A stretch of DNA of 62,719 nucleotides, filler included. It is 4 parts of 4 records of this genome, joined end to end, with 100 filler letters (N's around TTAATTAATTAA, not from the genome) between each part and the next. Parts side by side here need not be neighbours in the genome. Positions count along the whole stretch, not along the records: positions 17,021 to 40,611 come from SRR20825010_4236; 3 more parts are not named here. The stretch is one strand, 5' to 3'. The translations under genes and the position numbers were made by a program. Shown one piece after another: positions 28,231 through 37,130 of the stretch. The notes below the pieces were generated by a model, which was not told the origin of the DNA, made no database searches, and was given only the letters and a program-made list of their open reading frames with translations. How positions within the stretch are numbered: the stretch's first letter is position 1; the number at the start of each line of letters is the position of its first letter.

Positions 28231-29232
28231 ATGACAGAATCCCGTTTTAATTTTTCAGAAGAAAAGCCTCTACGCTGGGGCGTTATTGGTTGTGGTGCCG
28301 TAACCGAAATAAAAAGCGTGCCAGCCTATAAGATTACATCCGGTTTTGAGGTTGCAATGGTAATGCGGCGCAATCCGGAAAAGGCAGAGGATTATGCGAA
28401 AAGACACCGGATTCCTCATTGGACGACCGATGCTGATGAGGTAATCGACAATCCAAATATTGATGCAGTTTATATTGCTACACCTCCCGATACCCATAAA
28501 TTTTACGCTTTAAAAGTAGCTGCAGCCGGGAAACCTTGTTGTATCGAAAAACCCATGGCCCCTACTTATAATGACAGTTTGGCCATTTATGAAGCGTTTC
28601 GGAATAGGGATGTTCCTCTTTTTATAGCCTATTATCGCCGTTCACTGCCCAGATTTCTAAAAATAAAACAATGGTTGGATGATGGTCTGATCGGTGAAGT
28701 CCGCCATATCCATTGGCAAAAGACCAAACCGCCCAGTGATGTGGATTTAAGCAAGGCATATAATTGGCGTACAGATGCCGCTATCGCCAGAGGAGGGTAT
28801 TTTGATGATTTGGCCAGCCATGGCCTGGATCTGTTCAACTTTCTGTTGGGTGATATTGTGGAAGCGAATGGTACAACGACCAATCAACTAGGGCTATATG
28901 CTGCTTTTGATGCAGTAGCGGCCCATTGGATGCATGATGGAGGGATAACAGGTACGGGCAGTTGGAACTTTGGCACCCATGACCGAACGGACAAGGTTGA
29001 AATATTAGGTTCCGAAGGCAGTATTCGCTTTGCCGTTCTGGATGAGGCTCCCATTCAACTGAACAATGCATCAGGAAGTCAAACATTAGAAATTGTACAC
29101 CCCCAACACATTCAAGAATTTCATGTGGAGAATATTAAACGCCACCTTCTTGGCAAGTCAGTACATCCATCAACGGGAAAAACGGGACTACACACCAGTT
29201 GGGTAATGGAGAAAATTCTGGGAACACTTTAA
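28231..29232 (+). CDS. Gfo/Idh/MocA oxidoreductase
   Basis: GVIGCG, YIATPP..H, EKPM. Confidence 0.9.
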   Translation: MTESRFNFSEEKPLRWGVIGCGAVTEIKSVPAYKITSGFEVAMVMRRNPEKAEDYAKRHRIPHWTTDADEVIDNPNIDAVYIATPPDTHKFYALKVAAAGKPCCIEKPMAPTYNDSLAIYEAFRNRDVPLFIAYYRRSLPRFLKIKQWLDDGLIGEVRHIHWQKTKPPSDVDLSKAYNWRTDAAIARGGYFDDLASHGLDLFNFLLGDIVEANGTTTNQLGLYAAFDAVAAHWMHDGGITGTGSWNFGTHDRTDKVEILGSEGSIRFAVLDEAPIQLNNASGSQTLEIVHPQHIQEFHVENIKRHLLGKSVHPSTGKTGLHTSWVMEKILGTL

Positions 29233-29236
29233 GGTG

Positions 29237-30223
29237 CTACCAAAGTTGATGCACGTGTTTTTTGATGTACTTTTCGTAGATGTCGTTGACGGCAACTTTC
29301 TCTTTTTTAGTTAACGGAGGTAGTTCAGCAGCATTGATATTGCTGTTCAGGTGTTCAACCTTGGATGCTCCGGGAATAATGCAACTGACCTCAGGAAAAT
29401 CCAATATCCAACGAAGTGCAATGGGAGCCAGGTTTTCTCTATCAGGAAATATCGTTTTAAGTTCATTTACGGCTTCCAGCCCAACATTAAAAGGAACGCC
29501 GCTAAAGGTTTCGCCCTTATCAAAAGCTGCACCATCTCTGTTAAAGTTCCTGTGGTCTTCTTCATCAAAAGTGGAGTCCTGAGAAAACTTTCCTGTAAGC
29601 AACCCGCTGGCCAAAGGCACGCGGACAATTATACCGATGTCTTTTTTCCTTGCCTGTTCAAAGAACAGTTCCAACGGGCGTTGCCTGAACATATTGAATA
29701 TGATTTGGACCGTTTTGACGTTGGGATATTCAATGGCCTTTAAGCCCTCCTCTATTTTTTCTATACTAACACCAAGGTTTTTTATTTTGCCCTCATCCTT
29801 TAATCGGTCGAACAATTCAAAAATTTCGGGACGGTAGTACACTTCCGTCGGAGGGCAGTGCAATTGAATCAGATCCAAGCATTCCATCCCTGTGTTTTTT
29901 AAGCTGTCCTCCACATATTTTCTAAGCACCTCCGGGGTATAGCCTTCATTAACGTGCGGATTGATTTGTCTTCCACATTTTGTGGCCACAAAAACTTCTT
30001 CGGACCTTGATCTTACTACTCGGCCAACGGCAGCCTCACTTGCCCCGGCTTCATAGACATCAGCGGTGTCTATAAAGTTTACACCGTCATCTATTGCTTC
30101 ATTAATAATTTGTTCAGCTAAAGCATCATTGAATCCAGAGCCCCATTTTCCACCTACCTGCCAAGTACCCAAGGAGATTTCAGAGACTTCTATTCCTGTT
30201 TTTCCTAGTTTTCTATACTTCAT
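29237..30223 (-). CDS. Aldo/keto reductase
   Basis: LGTW, IDTADVY, ATKCG, DLIQLH, PLASGLL. Confidence 0.92.
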   Translation of the reverse strand: MKYRKLGKTGIEVSEISLGTWQVGGKWGSGFNDALAEQIINEAIDDGVNFIDTADVYEAGASEAAVGRVVRSRSEEVFVATKCGRQINPHVNEGYTPEVLRKYVEDSLKNTGMECLDLIQLHCPPTEVYYRPEIFELFDRLKDEGKIKNLGVSIEKIEEGLKAIEYPNVKTVQIIFNMFRQRPLELFFEQARKKDIGIIVRVPLASGLLTGKFSQDSTFDEEDHRNFNRDGAAFDKGETFSGVPFNVGLEAVNELKTIFPDRENLAPIALRWILDFPEVSCIIPGASKVEHLNSNINAAELPPLTKKEKVAVNDIYEKYIKKHVHQLW

Positions 30224-30232
30224 TCTTCAGGA

Positions 30233-30667
30233 TTAATTAGATATGATGACCACGTTTCCACTTTGGGTAGCCCTATAGAATAAGAGGTCATGGTATCGGT
30301 TTCCATCATCGGGCCGGTCCAATAGTTGTCCTGTAAACAAACTATAGGTATAACCTTCGCAGCTACATACAGCGTTCTGCCCGTCGATTGTCATAGTGGA
30401 ACATTCATTGGGGACATGGTTGGGACAACTGGCTTCCCAGGCCATAAAACTGGACCCTGTATTGATAACGAAGGCGCCTCGGGTTCCCACTCCATTGTTG
30501 CCCACGTAAACAGGATTTCCAATGTTTTGTAAATTATTGTATAAGGGCAGGTTAAGGTTCAACTCAAAACGGAATCGTACCTCCTGTAAATAAGGATTTC
30601 TATTGGAGGTATCGGAGCTACAGGATAATACCAGTGCCAATAATACTATGGCCCAGAGGTGCTTCAT
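30233..30667 (-). CDS. Lipoprotein with Rieske-like domain
   Basis: Lipobox VLSC; CPNH...C...CSC..Y...TG. Confidence 0.7.
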   Translation of the reverse strand: MKHLWAIVLLALVLSCSSDTSNRNPYLQEVRFRFELNLNLPLYNNLQNIGNPVYVGNNGVGTRGAFVINTGSSFMAWEASCPNHVPNECSTMTIDGQNAVCSCEGYTYSLFTGQLLDRPDDGNRYHDLLFYRATQSGNVVIISN

Positions 30668-30716
30668 GTTCGATAGTTTCAGTATGTTACGGCAACAAAG
30701 TTGAACAAAAATTCTC

Positions 30717-30779
30717 TATATTTGCGTTAAATCCTCGCAAAAACCATGCAGGTCATGGGCATCGTTGAGGATTTTTTGT
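30717..30779 (+). promoter_or_regulatory. greA promoter (-7 TATATTTG) followed by a terminator-like leader hairpin
   Basis: AAATCCTC (30729-36) / GAGGATTT (30767-74) plus T-tract, inner CCATG/CATGG stem. Confidence 0.5.
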
Positions 30780-30853
30780 ATTTGTAGAGGAAGAGTACAT
30801 TGGGGAAATTTTTTGATTTTCTTCAATGGCTCTTTGCATTAAAAATTAACGAT

Positions 30854-31330
30854 ATGAGCAAAGTATCATACTATACACCCGAAGGATTAAAGAAATTGAG
30901 GGACGAGTTGAATCAACTTAAGGATGTGGAACGTCCAAAAGCGTCACAGGCCATTGCTGAAGCAAGAGACAAGGGAGATCTTTCAGAAAATGCGGAATAT
31001 GATGCGGCCAAAGAGGCTCAAGGGCTTTTGGAAATGAAGATTTCCAAAATGGAAGAAACCTTGGCCAATGCCCGTTTAATCGATGAATCACAACTGGACA
31101 CCTCCAAGATATTAGTACTTTCTACCGTGAAGCTTAAAAACCTGGCCAATGGGATGGAAATGAAGTATACCTTGGTGGCGGAGAGCGAAGCCAATCTTAA
31201 AACAGGTAAGATTTCCGTGACATCTCCGATCGGTAAAGGGTTATTGGGCAAAAAAGTAGGTGATGTTGCCGAGATCAAGGTTCCCAATGGAACACTCAAA
31301 TTTGAGATTTTAGAGATCACTCGAGAGTAA
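30854..31330 (+). CDS. greA: Transcription elongation factor GreA
   Basis: GDLSENAEY..AKE, IS..SPIG..L.GK. Confidence 0.96.
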   Translation: MSKVSYYTPEGLKKLRDELNQLKDVERPKASQAIAEARDKGDLSENAEYDAAKEAQGLLEMKISKMEETLANARLIDESQLDTSKILVLSTVKLKNLANGMEMKYTLVAESEANLKTGKISVTSPIGKGLLGKKVGDVAEIKVPNGTLKFEILEITRE

Positions 31331-31352
31331 CAGCAACTAAATTGGTATATTT

Positions 31353-31379
31353 AATCCCGTCATAGCACGGGATTTTTTT
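31353..31379 (+). terminator. Intrinsic terminator after greA
   Basis: AATCCCGT/ACGGGATT plus T-tract. Confidence 0.75.
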
Positions 31380-31397
31380 ATTTTAAACTGAATTAAA

Positions 31398-31787
31398 ATG
31401 GCCAGTATTTTTACCAAGATCATCAACGGGGATATACCTTCTTACAAAATAGCAGAGGACGAATATCACTTTGCTTTTTTGGATATCAATCCTAATTCCA
31501 AAGGACACACGCTATGCGTCCCAAAAAAGGAAGTGGACAAGATTTTGGATCTTGATGAGGAATCTTATATGAAACTCATGGCCTTCTCAAGAAAAGTTGG
31601 TCTTGCCATACAAAAAGCAGTGCCCTGTAAAAGAGTGGGTATGACGGTTATTGGTCTTGAGGTGCCCCACGTGCATGTGCATTTGATTCCGTTGCAAAGT
31701 ATGGCCAATGCTACGTTTCAAAATAAGGAGAGTCTTACCTCAGATGAGTTTGAAACGGTAGCGGAACAAATCAGGTCCAACCTTTAG
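31398..31787 (+). CDS. HIT family protein
   Basis: IF.KII.G.IP, DI.P...GH, HVHVH triad. Confidence 0.93.
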   Translation: MASIFTKIINGDIPSYKIAEDEYHFAFLDINPNSKGHTLCVPKKEVDKILDLDEESYMKLMAFSRKVGLAIQKAVPCKRVGMTVIGLEVPHVHVHLIPLQSMANATFQNKESLTSDEFETVAEQIRSNL

Positions 31788-32128
31788 CTCTCTATCATAA
31801 AATAGACGCCGGCCGCTACAAGGCAGAGCATTAGGACCAAAACCACAAAAAATAGCATGGTGAAGCGCACTGCGGGCCTGTCCGGCTTTACCAATTTGTT
31901 GTAGTAATCAAATACCCTTTCAATATCGGGTGTCCAATCCACGGGATATATGGTAGAGTTGCATTTTTTGCACTTGATCTCATTGGTCACCACACCGGTA
32001 GTTCTGTGGTATAGTGCATTAAACGAGTGTTTTTGGTAAAACGTAATCTTAAGTTCCTGATTAAAACATTTGGGGCAATTGTTGGTGATATCAGCTTCTT
32101 GTATTACGAGTTGCTTTTCTTTTGCCAT
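31784..32128 (-). CDS. Hypothetical zinc-ribbon protein with C-terminal TM helix
   Basis: CPKC...CKKC; hydrophobic C-terminus. Confidence 0.7.
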   Translation of the reverse strand: MAKEKQLVIQEADITNNCPKCFNQELKITFYQKHSFNALYHRTTGVVTNEIKCKKCNSTIYPVDWTPDIERVFDYYNKLVKPDRPAVRFTMLFFVVLVLMLCLVAAGVYFMIES

Positions 32129-32137
32129 AATTCAAAT

Positions 32138-33283
32138 TTAGAGTGCTCGTAGGGTAATTTGCATGATAGTTCCTTCTTTACTAGACGAAAATACTTTAAT
32201 TTTTCCTTTATGGTACTCTTCAACAATTCTTTTTACCAATGAAAGTCCTAAGCCCCAGCCCCTTTGCTTGGAAGTTACACCAGGATTGAAAATATTCTGA
32301 AAATCACTTTTGGGGATTCCATGGCCGGTATCCGATACCAAAATATTGATGTTCTGTCCTTTTTTCTCTATTTGGATGGCAATATTGCCCTTGCCCTTCA
32401 TGGCATCGATGCCATTCTTTACCAGGTTTTCTATACTCCAGTTGTACAAAGGGGGGTTCATAAGTACATGGGCTTCGTCTATATTGGAGCTGAAGGAAAA
32501 ATGTACCAGTTTGGAACTACGTTGCTTCAAGTAATCGAATGCCTTTTTGGTTTCATTTACAATATCATGGTCCTTCAATTCTGGAATAGAACCAATTTTG
32601 GAAAATCGTTCTGTAATGGTTTCCAACCTATCGATGTCCTTTGCTATTTCTTGGGTCACCTCAGGATTGATATCTTCAGATTTAAGGAGTTCGTTCCAAC
32701 CCAAAAGAGATGTGAGCGGGGTTCCTATTTGATGTGCCGTTTCTTTGGCCATGCCAGCCCAGAGCTTGTTCTGTTCCGATGCTTTGTTGGTTCGGAAGAA
32801 AAAGAATATTACTGCCCCGAACAAAAAAATGATCAACAAAAGGGCAAGTGGATAATATTTTAGTTTGTTGAGTACCTCCGAATTGCCATAATACAGAGTT
32901 TCGAGCAGTTCGTCTTCCTGAATGATTTGAATGGGTTGGTTCTCATTTTTGAACTGCTCTATCTTTTGATGGATATATGCACTGTCGGCAATTTTGTCCT
33001 CGGGAATATTATGGGTTTTATAGGAGCCTTCCTCGTTAACCAAAATCATTGGAGTAGAGGTGTTGTTGCCCAGAACTTTGAGGGTAAGGTTACCCAGTTC
33101 CTGATCTACCGATGATTGAACAAGTTCCAACTGCGCTGTTGCCCAAATTTCCATTTTTAGGCGTTCCTCCTCCTTAAACTTTCGGAAAAAGCTATTGGTG
33201 TTCCATAGAATAAGACTCACAATGATGAATGCCGATACCAGCAGTATAATATTGGAGGTTTTCCGTTTGGTACTAAAATCCAT
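32138..33283 (-). CDS. Sensor histidine kinase
   Basis: 2 TM helices, AHQIGTPL, ENL.KN..DA, DTGHG, GWGLGL. Confidence 0.92.
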   Translation of the reverse strand: MDFSTKRKTSNIILLVSAFIIVSLILWNTNSFFRKFKEEERLKMEIWATAQLELVQSSVDQELGNLTLKVLGNNTSTPMILVNEEGSYKTHNIPEDKIADSAYIHQKIEQFKNENQPIQIIQEDELLETLYYGNSEVLNKLKYYPLALLLIIFLFGAVIFFFFRTNKASEQNKLWAGMAKETAHQIGTPLTSLLGWNELLKSEDINPEVTQEIAKDIDRLETITERFSKIGSIPELKDHDIVNETKKAFDYLKQRSSKLVHFSFSSNIDEAHVLMNPPLYNWSIENLVKNGIDAMKGKGNIAIQIEKKGQNINILVSDTGHGIPKSDFQNIFNPGVTSKQRGWGLGLSLVKRIVEEYHKGKIKVFSSSKEGTIMQITLRAL

Positions 33284-33405
33284 TGGTGGTCAAATTCTTT
33301 TTAAAGATAGGTAATTGGAAAACATGTTGATAGTTAGTTTAAATAACGGATGTCATTAGGATTCATTTTATGTACTTTTGAATTTTCAACAAAAATTAAC
33401 ATTGC

Positions 33406-33783
33406 ATGGAAGTTCAGGGAAGAATCAAAATGATAGATGAGACCAAAACCTATGGCAACAACGGTTTCAGAAAAAGAGAGGTGGTCGTGACCACTGAAGA
33501 ACAATATCCGCAGCACATATTGGTAGAGTTTGTTCAGGACAAATGTGATTTGCTCAACAACTATTCCGTAGGGCAAATGGTGAAGATAAGCATCAACCTG
33601 AGAGGAAGGGAATGGGTAAACCCTCAAGGAGAGACCAAATATTTCAACTCCATACAAGGATGGCGAATAGAGAACCTTCAGTCTGAGCCTGCAGGTGACA
33701 ATATGCCTCCGGTTCCACCTATGGAAGCCTTTGAGCCTGCTGATGACTATAATGATGAAGACCACGACGATCTTCCATTTTAA
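33406..33783 (+). CDS. DUF3127 domain protein (SSB-like OB fold)
   Basis: F.KRE.V....QYPQ, GREW, acidic tail DDLPF; TACTTTTG -7 element at 33373. Confidence 0.88.
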   Translation: MEVQGRIKMIDETKTYGNNGFRKREVVVTTEEQYPQHILVEFVQDKCDLLNNYSVGQMVKISINLRGREWVNPQGETKYFNSIQGWRIENLQSEPAGDNMPPVPPMEAFEPADDYNDEDHDDLPF

Positions 33784-33811
33784 TAGAAAGATTTACTATT
33801 TATAAAATTTG

Positions 33812-33840
33812 AAAATCCGGACGTTATGTTCGGATTTTTT
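33812..33840 (+). terminator. Intrinsic terminator
   Basis: AAAATCCGGAC/GTTCGGATTTT plus T-tract. Confidence 0.75.
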
Positions 33841-33873
33841 AGTTTTTGGGCTGATTTGTATTTTTAGAAAAAA

Positions 33874-34548
33874 TTGCCCTTGGAAAACACTCCCTTATAT
33901 TTTTTGAACAAGAGATTGGAGTTTCCTCCCGTTGATAATGCCAGTGAAGATGGTTTGCTCGCAGTAGGTGGAGACCTTTCACCGGAGCGATTGCTGCTGG
34001 CCTATAAAAATGGTATTTTTCCATGGTTCAATGATGACTCACTGATTTTATGGTGGACGCCCGACCCAAGGATGGTGCTGTTTCCACATAAAGTAAAAGT
34101 GTCCAAGAGCATGCGAAAAGTAATCCGGGATGGGTCATTCGTGCTAACTCAAAACACCTGCTTTGAACAGGTGATCGACTACTGTGCCCAAATTCGTCGT
34201 AAAGGCCAAGATGGCACATGGATTACGCCCGAAATGAAAACCGCTTACATGAAGTTGTTCGAAAAGGGGCATGCAAAATCCTATGAGGTCTGGGAAAACG
34301 AAGATTTGGTAGGAGGACTCTACGGAATTGACCTAGGGCATGTGTTCTGCGGGGAGAGCATGTTCAGCTTACGGGCCAATGCCTCAAAGTTTGCATTTAT
34401 ACAAATGGCCAAAGAATTGGGTGAGAAAGGGTATCGGGTTATAGATTGTCAAGTGCACACCGATCATTTGGAAAGTTTGGGTGCCGAACTGATTCCCAGA
34501 AAGGAATTTGTTGCGCTGCTACAAGGAGATTTGGGCACTAGTGAGTAA
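33874..34548 (+). CDS. aat: Leucyl/phenylalanyl-tRNA-protein transferase
   Basis: GLLA.GGDL, GIFPW, WW.PDPR, GGLYG, GESMFS, DCQ. Confidence 0.95.
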   Translation: MPLENTPLYFLNKRLEFPPVDNASEDGLLAVGGDLSPERLLLAYKNGIFPWFNDDSLILWWTPDPRMVLFPHKVKVSKSMRKVIRDGSFVLTQNTCFEQVIDYCAQIRRKGQDGTWITPEMKTAYMKLFEKGHAKSYEVWENEDLVGGLYGIDLGHVFCGESMFSLRANASKFAFIQMAKELGEKGYRVIDCQVHTDHLESLGAELIPRKEFVALLQGDLGTSE

Positions 34549-35205
34549 AAAGAGAATATGTTCTGGGACACTGGCGGTGTAATCCTCGATGCGATATTCC
34601 ACTCCTATTTGCAATTTCATGCCACTGTGCAACTCCCAGCCCACTTGCCCGACCAAGCGTATATCGTATTCAGGTGAATTTTGTTTCGCCACGCTCAACA
34701 AATTTTCAAAGCTTCCTACAAAATAAGGTTCACCGGGATTTAATTTCTCTCCCATTAATGGAAAATCCAGGGCAAAGCGGTATCTAAATCTATGGGTGGT
34801 CAGGGAATTGGTGATTCGCTGCTGGGCTCGGAACCTATGTCCAAAACGTATGGCGAACGGCTTGTGCGTTACATTGTATTGTTGCGTGAATCTAAGTTCG
34901 TTCTCCCTGCTATTGTAAAACCTGTACATTACACCAAGAGCAATACTTTGGTTATCCTTGATCTCAAGTTTTGAAAAGTGGGTAAAATCCAATTGCTTCA
35001 CCCTAAATGTAACATCTTCGTTCTCGTAAACGTAGTTCCTGTTGGCGATGGCAAAATTATGGGAATAAGCACCCGCTACCTGATAATTTACAGCAAATTG
35101 TGGCTGCCAGTAACTTGTTAGGTTTTCTTGACCCCTTACGGATACCGAAGTTATCAACAGTAATAACGAAACAAATAAAATCCGTTTAATAAAGTACGTG
35201 ATCAT
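34519..35205 (-). CDS. DUF2490-like outer-membrane beta-barrel protein
   Basis: Signal peptide; E.R..QQ, HRFR..QR, RFRYR. Confidence 0.75.
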   Translation of the reverse strand: MITYFIKRILFVSLLLLITSVSVRGQENLTSYWQPQFAVNYQVAGAYSHNFAIANRNYVYENEDVTFRVKQLDFTHFSKLEIKDNQSIALGVMYRFYNSRENELRFTQQYNVTHKPFAIRFGHRFRAQQRITNSLTTHRFRYRFALDFPLMGEKLNPGEPYFVGSFENLLSVAKQNSPEYDIRLVGQVGWELHSGMKLQIGVEYRIEDYTASVPEHILFLLTSAQISL

Positions 35206-35767
35206 AACTAGGGGGAAAGGATTTTCGCAATCGTATCAACTGCCCTTCATAATCGAACAGCGCCTCGTATTCTTGAAAACCACCACTTTCTTTGGCAGAA
35301 AAGACCAATTCGTAGTTTACATCGGGCAGGATCAAGTTCTGAAATGCGTTGTGCAATGTCTTTTCAACCGACTTTTCTTCACGTAAGGGGTATTGTTGTT
35401 GAATTTTTTTTACTCTGTGTTTGTAGTGGTTTTTATCCAGGTAAGATTGAATGGCGCCCCATGTATCGTTCGGAATGTCCCTTACCTTTATTTTAAACTC
35501 TACATCTTCCAATGTCCCTTGTTCATCGAACTCAACGCTATAGCGCAATCGCCCTTTTTTAAACTTTGCTTCGTAGCTTTTTTTGGTGCTATCTATTTCT
35601 TGGTAAAAACGCACTCGTTTGGCATCTTTCAGGTAATCTTCAATTAACAGATAAGCGCTGTTCGGGAAGTCAGCCTTGTCTATTCTGGATTCCTGTTCGT
35701 ACTTGTTTTGCGCAGATGTGATTTGCACAATACCAACGATTACAAATAGGAGGTATTTAAACTTCAT
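35186..35767 (-). CDS. Hypothetical secreted protein (PepSY-like repeats)
   Basis: Signal peptide; YE.KF..., FD..G.L repeats. Confidence 0.7.
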   Translation of the reverse strand: MKFKYLLFVIVGIVQITSAQNKYEQESRIDKADFPNSAYLLIEDYLKDAKRVRFYQEIDSTKKSYEAKFKKGRLRYSVEFDEQGTLEDVEFKIKVRDIPNDTWGAIQSYLDKNHYKHRVKKIQQQYPLREEKSVEKTLHNAFQNLILPDVNYELVFSAKESGGFQEYEALFDYEGQLIRLRKSFPPSYDHVLY

Positions 35768-36320
35768 GGTATCTAAAACAGTTTACTTCGTGGTCGTTGA
35801 CCATGCCCGTGGCCTGCATGTGGGCGTAAATCACCGTACTTCCCACAAACTTAAAGCCTCGCTTTTTTAAATCCTTGCTGATAGTATCGGATAATTCGGT
35901 GGTTGCCGGAGCATTTTTATAGTTTTTCAACTTGTTTTTAATGGGCTTTTGGTCTACAAATCCCCAAATGTATTTACTAAAACTACCAAATTCTTTTTGG
36001 ACTTCCATAAAAGCAATGGCGTTGGTGACCGTGGCATTGACTTTTAGTTTGTTTCTGACGATTCCTGGGTCTTGTAAGAGGGCATCAATCTTGGCTTGAT
36101 TATATTTTGCAATCTTTTTGTAGTCAAAATGGTCAAAAGCCTGTCTAAAATTTTCACGTTTTCTTAATATGGTAATCCAACTCAGACCTGCCTGAAAGGT
36201 CTCCAAGATCAAAAATTCGAAAAGGGTCTCATCATTTTTGACAGGAACGCCCCATTCCTCGTCATGATAGGCTTCATAAAGGGTGTCACCCACGCACCAG
36301 CCACATCTATGTTTGTCCAT
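35757..36320 (-). CDS. tag: DNA-3-methyladenine glycosylase I
   Basis: RC.W, YHDEEWG, LE.FQAGLSW, GFKFVG, NDH...C. Confidence 0.95.
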   Translation of the reverse strand: MDKHRCGWCVGDTLYEAYHDEEWGVPVKNDETLFEFLILETFQAGLSWITILRKRENFRQAFDHFDYKKIAKYNQAKIDALLQDPGIVRNKLKVNATVTNAIAFMEVQKEFGSFSKYIWGFVDQKPIKNKLKNYKNAPATTELSDTISKDLKKRGFKFVGSTVIYAHMQATGMVNDHEVNCFRYHEV

Positions 36321-36389
36321 AACAATCAATTTTAAGTAAAAGTAAGGCAAAATAAGAAATCGTTAAGTACAAGTTAAAGTGATGGATGT

Positions 36390-36412
36390 TAATAGTAATG
36401 CTATTATTTTTG
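36390..36412 (+). promoter_or_regulatory. Candidate TetR operator overlapping the -7 promoter element
   Basis: TAATAG-N5-CTATTA palindrome overlapping TATTTTTG. Confidence 0.55.
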
Positions 36413-36440
36413 CGAGACTTTGTTTTAAAAATGGGATAGC

Positions 36441-37130
36441 ATGGACATTTTACTACAATCTGTGAAACTGGAAATCGATGAGAAACTCTATGTTAAAGAC
36501 CCTGAATCGTCAGATTTGGGGAAGAAAATCGTAGAGCAGAGTATATTGTTGATTGATGAAATTGGTTTTGAATCTTTTACGTTTAAGAAATTGGGTGTTA
36601 GAATACACTCAAACGAAAGTTCGATTTACCGATATTTTGAGAACAAGCACAAGTTATTGCTTTATCTGGCTTCTTGGTATTGGGGATGGGTAGAGTACAA
36701 GATGGTTTTTTCTACCAATGCAATTTCCGACCCAGTGGAAAAATTGGCGGCTTCCATTGAAGTATTGACACAGACCGTAGAGGAGGACTCCTCCTTTTCG
36801 CACATTAACGAAGTAGTGCTCAACAAGATAATCATTAACGAGTATTCAAAGTCTTATCTTGTGAAAGAAATGAGCAATGATGGGGCGGAAGGGAGCTTTA
36901 TTATATGCAAAAGGTTAGTGGGTCGTCTCAGCAATATGATTTCTGATGTGGACGGTGATTATGAATTTCCGACCAGTCTGGCCAGTAATGTGCTTGAAGG
37001 TTCGCTACACCAGAATTTTCTAAAATCACACTTTCCATCCCTCACAAACTGTAGTGAAGAGGTAACCCCTACCGCATTTTTCACGGATCTGATATTCCGC
37101 ACACTAAATCAAAAAGTACATGGCCAATAA
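36441..37130 (+). CDS. TetR/AcrR family regulator
   Basis: GFE.FTFKKL....S.E.SIYRYF.NK HTH. Confidence 0.88.
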   Translation: MDILLQSVKLEIDEKLYVKDPESSDLGKKIVEQSILLIDEIGFESFTFKKLGVRIHSNESSIYRYFENKHKLLLYLASWYWGWVEYKMVFSTNAISDPVEKLAASIEVLTQTVEEDSSFSHINEVVLNKIIINEYSKSYLVKEMSNDGAEGSFIICKRLVGRLSNMISDVDGDYEFPTSLASNVLEGSLHQNFLKSHFPSLTNCSEEVTPTAFFTDLIFRTLNQKVHGQ

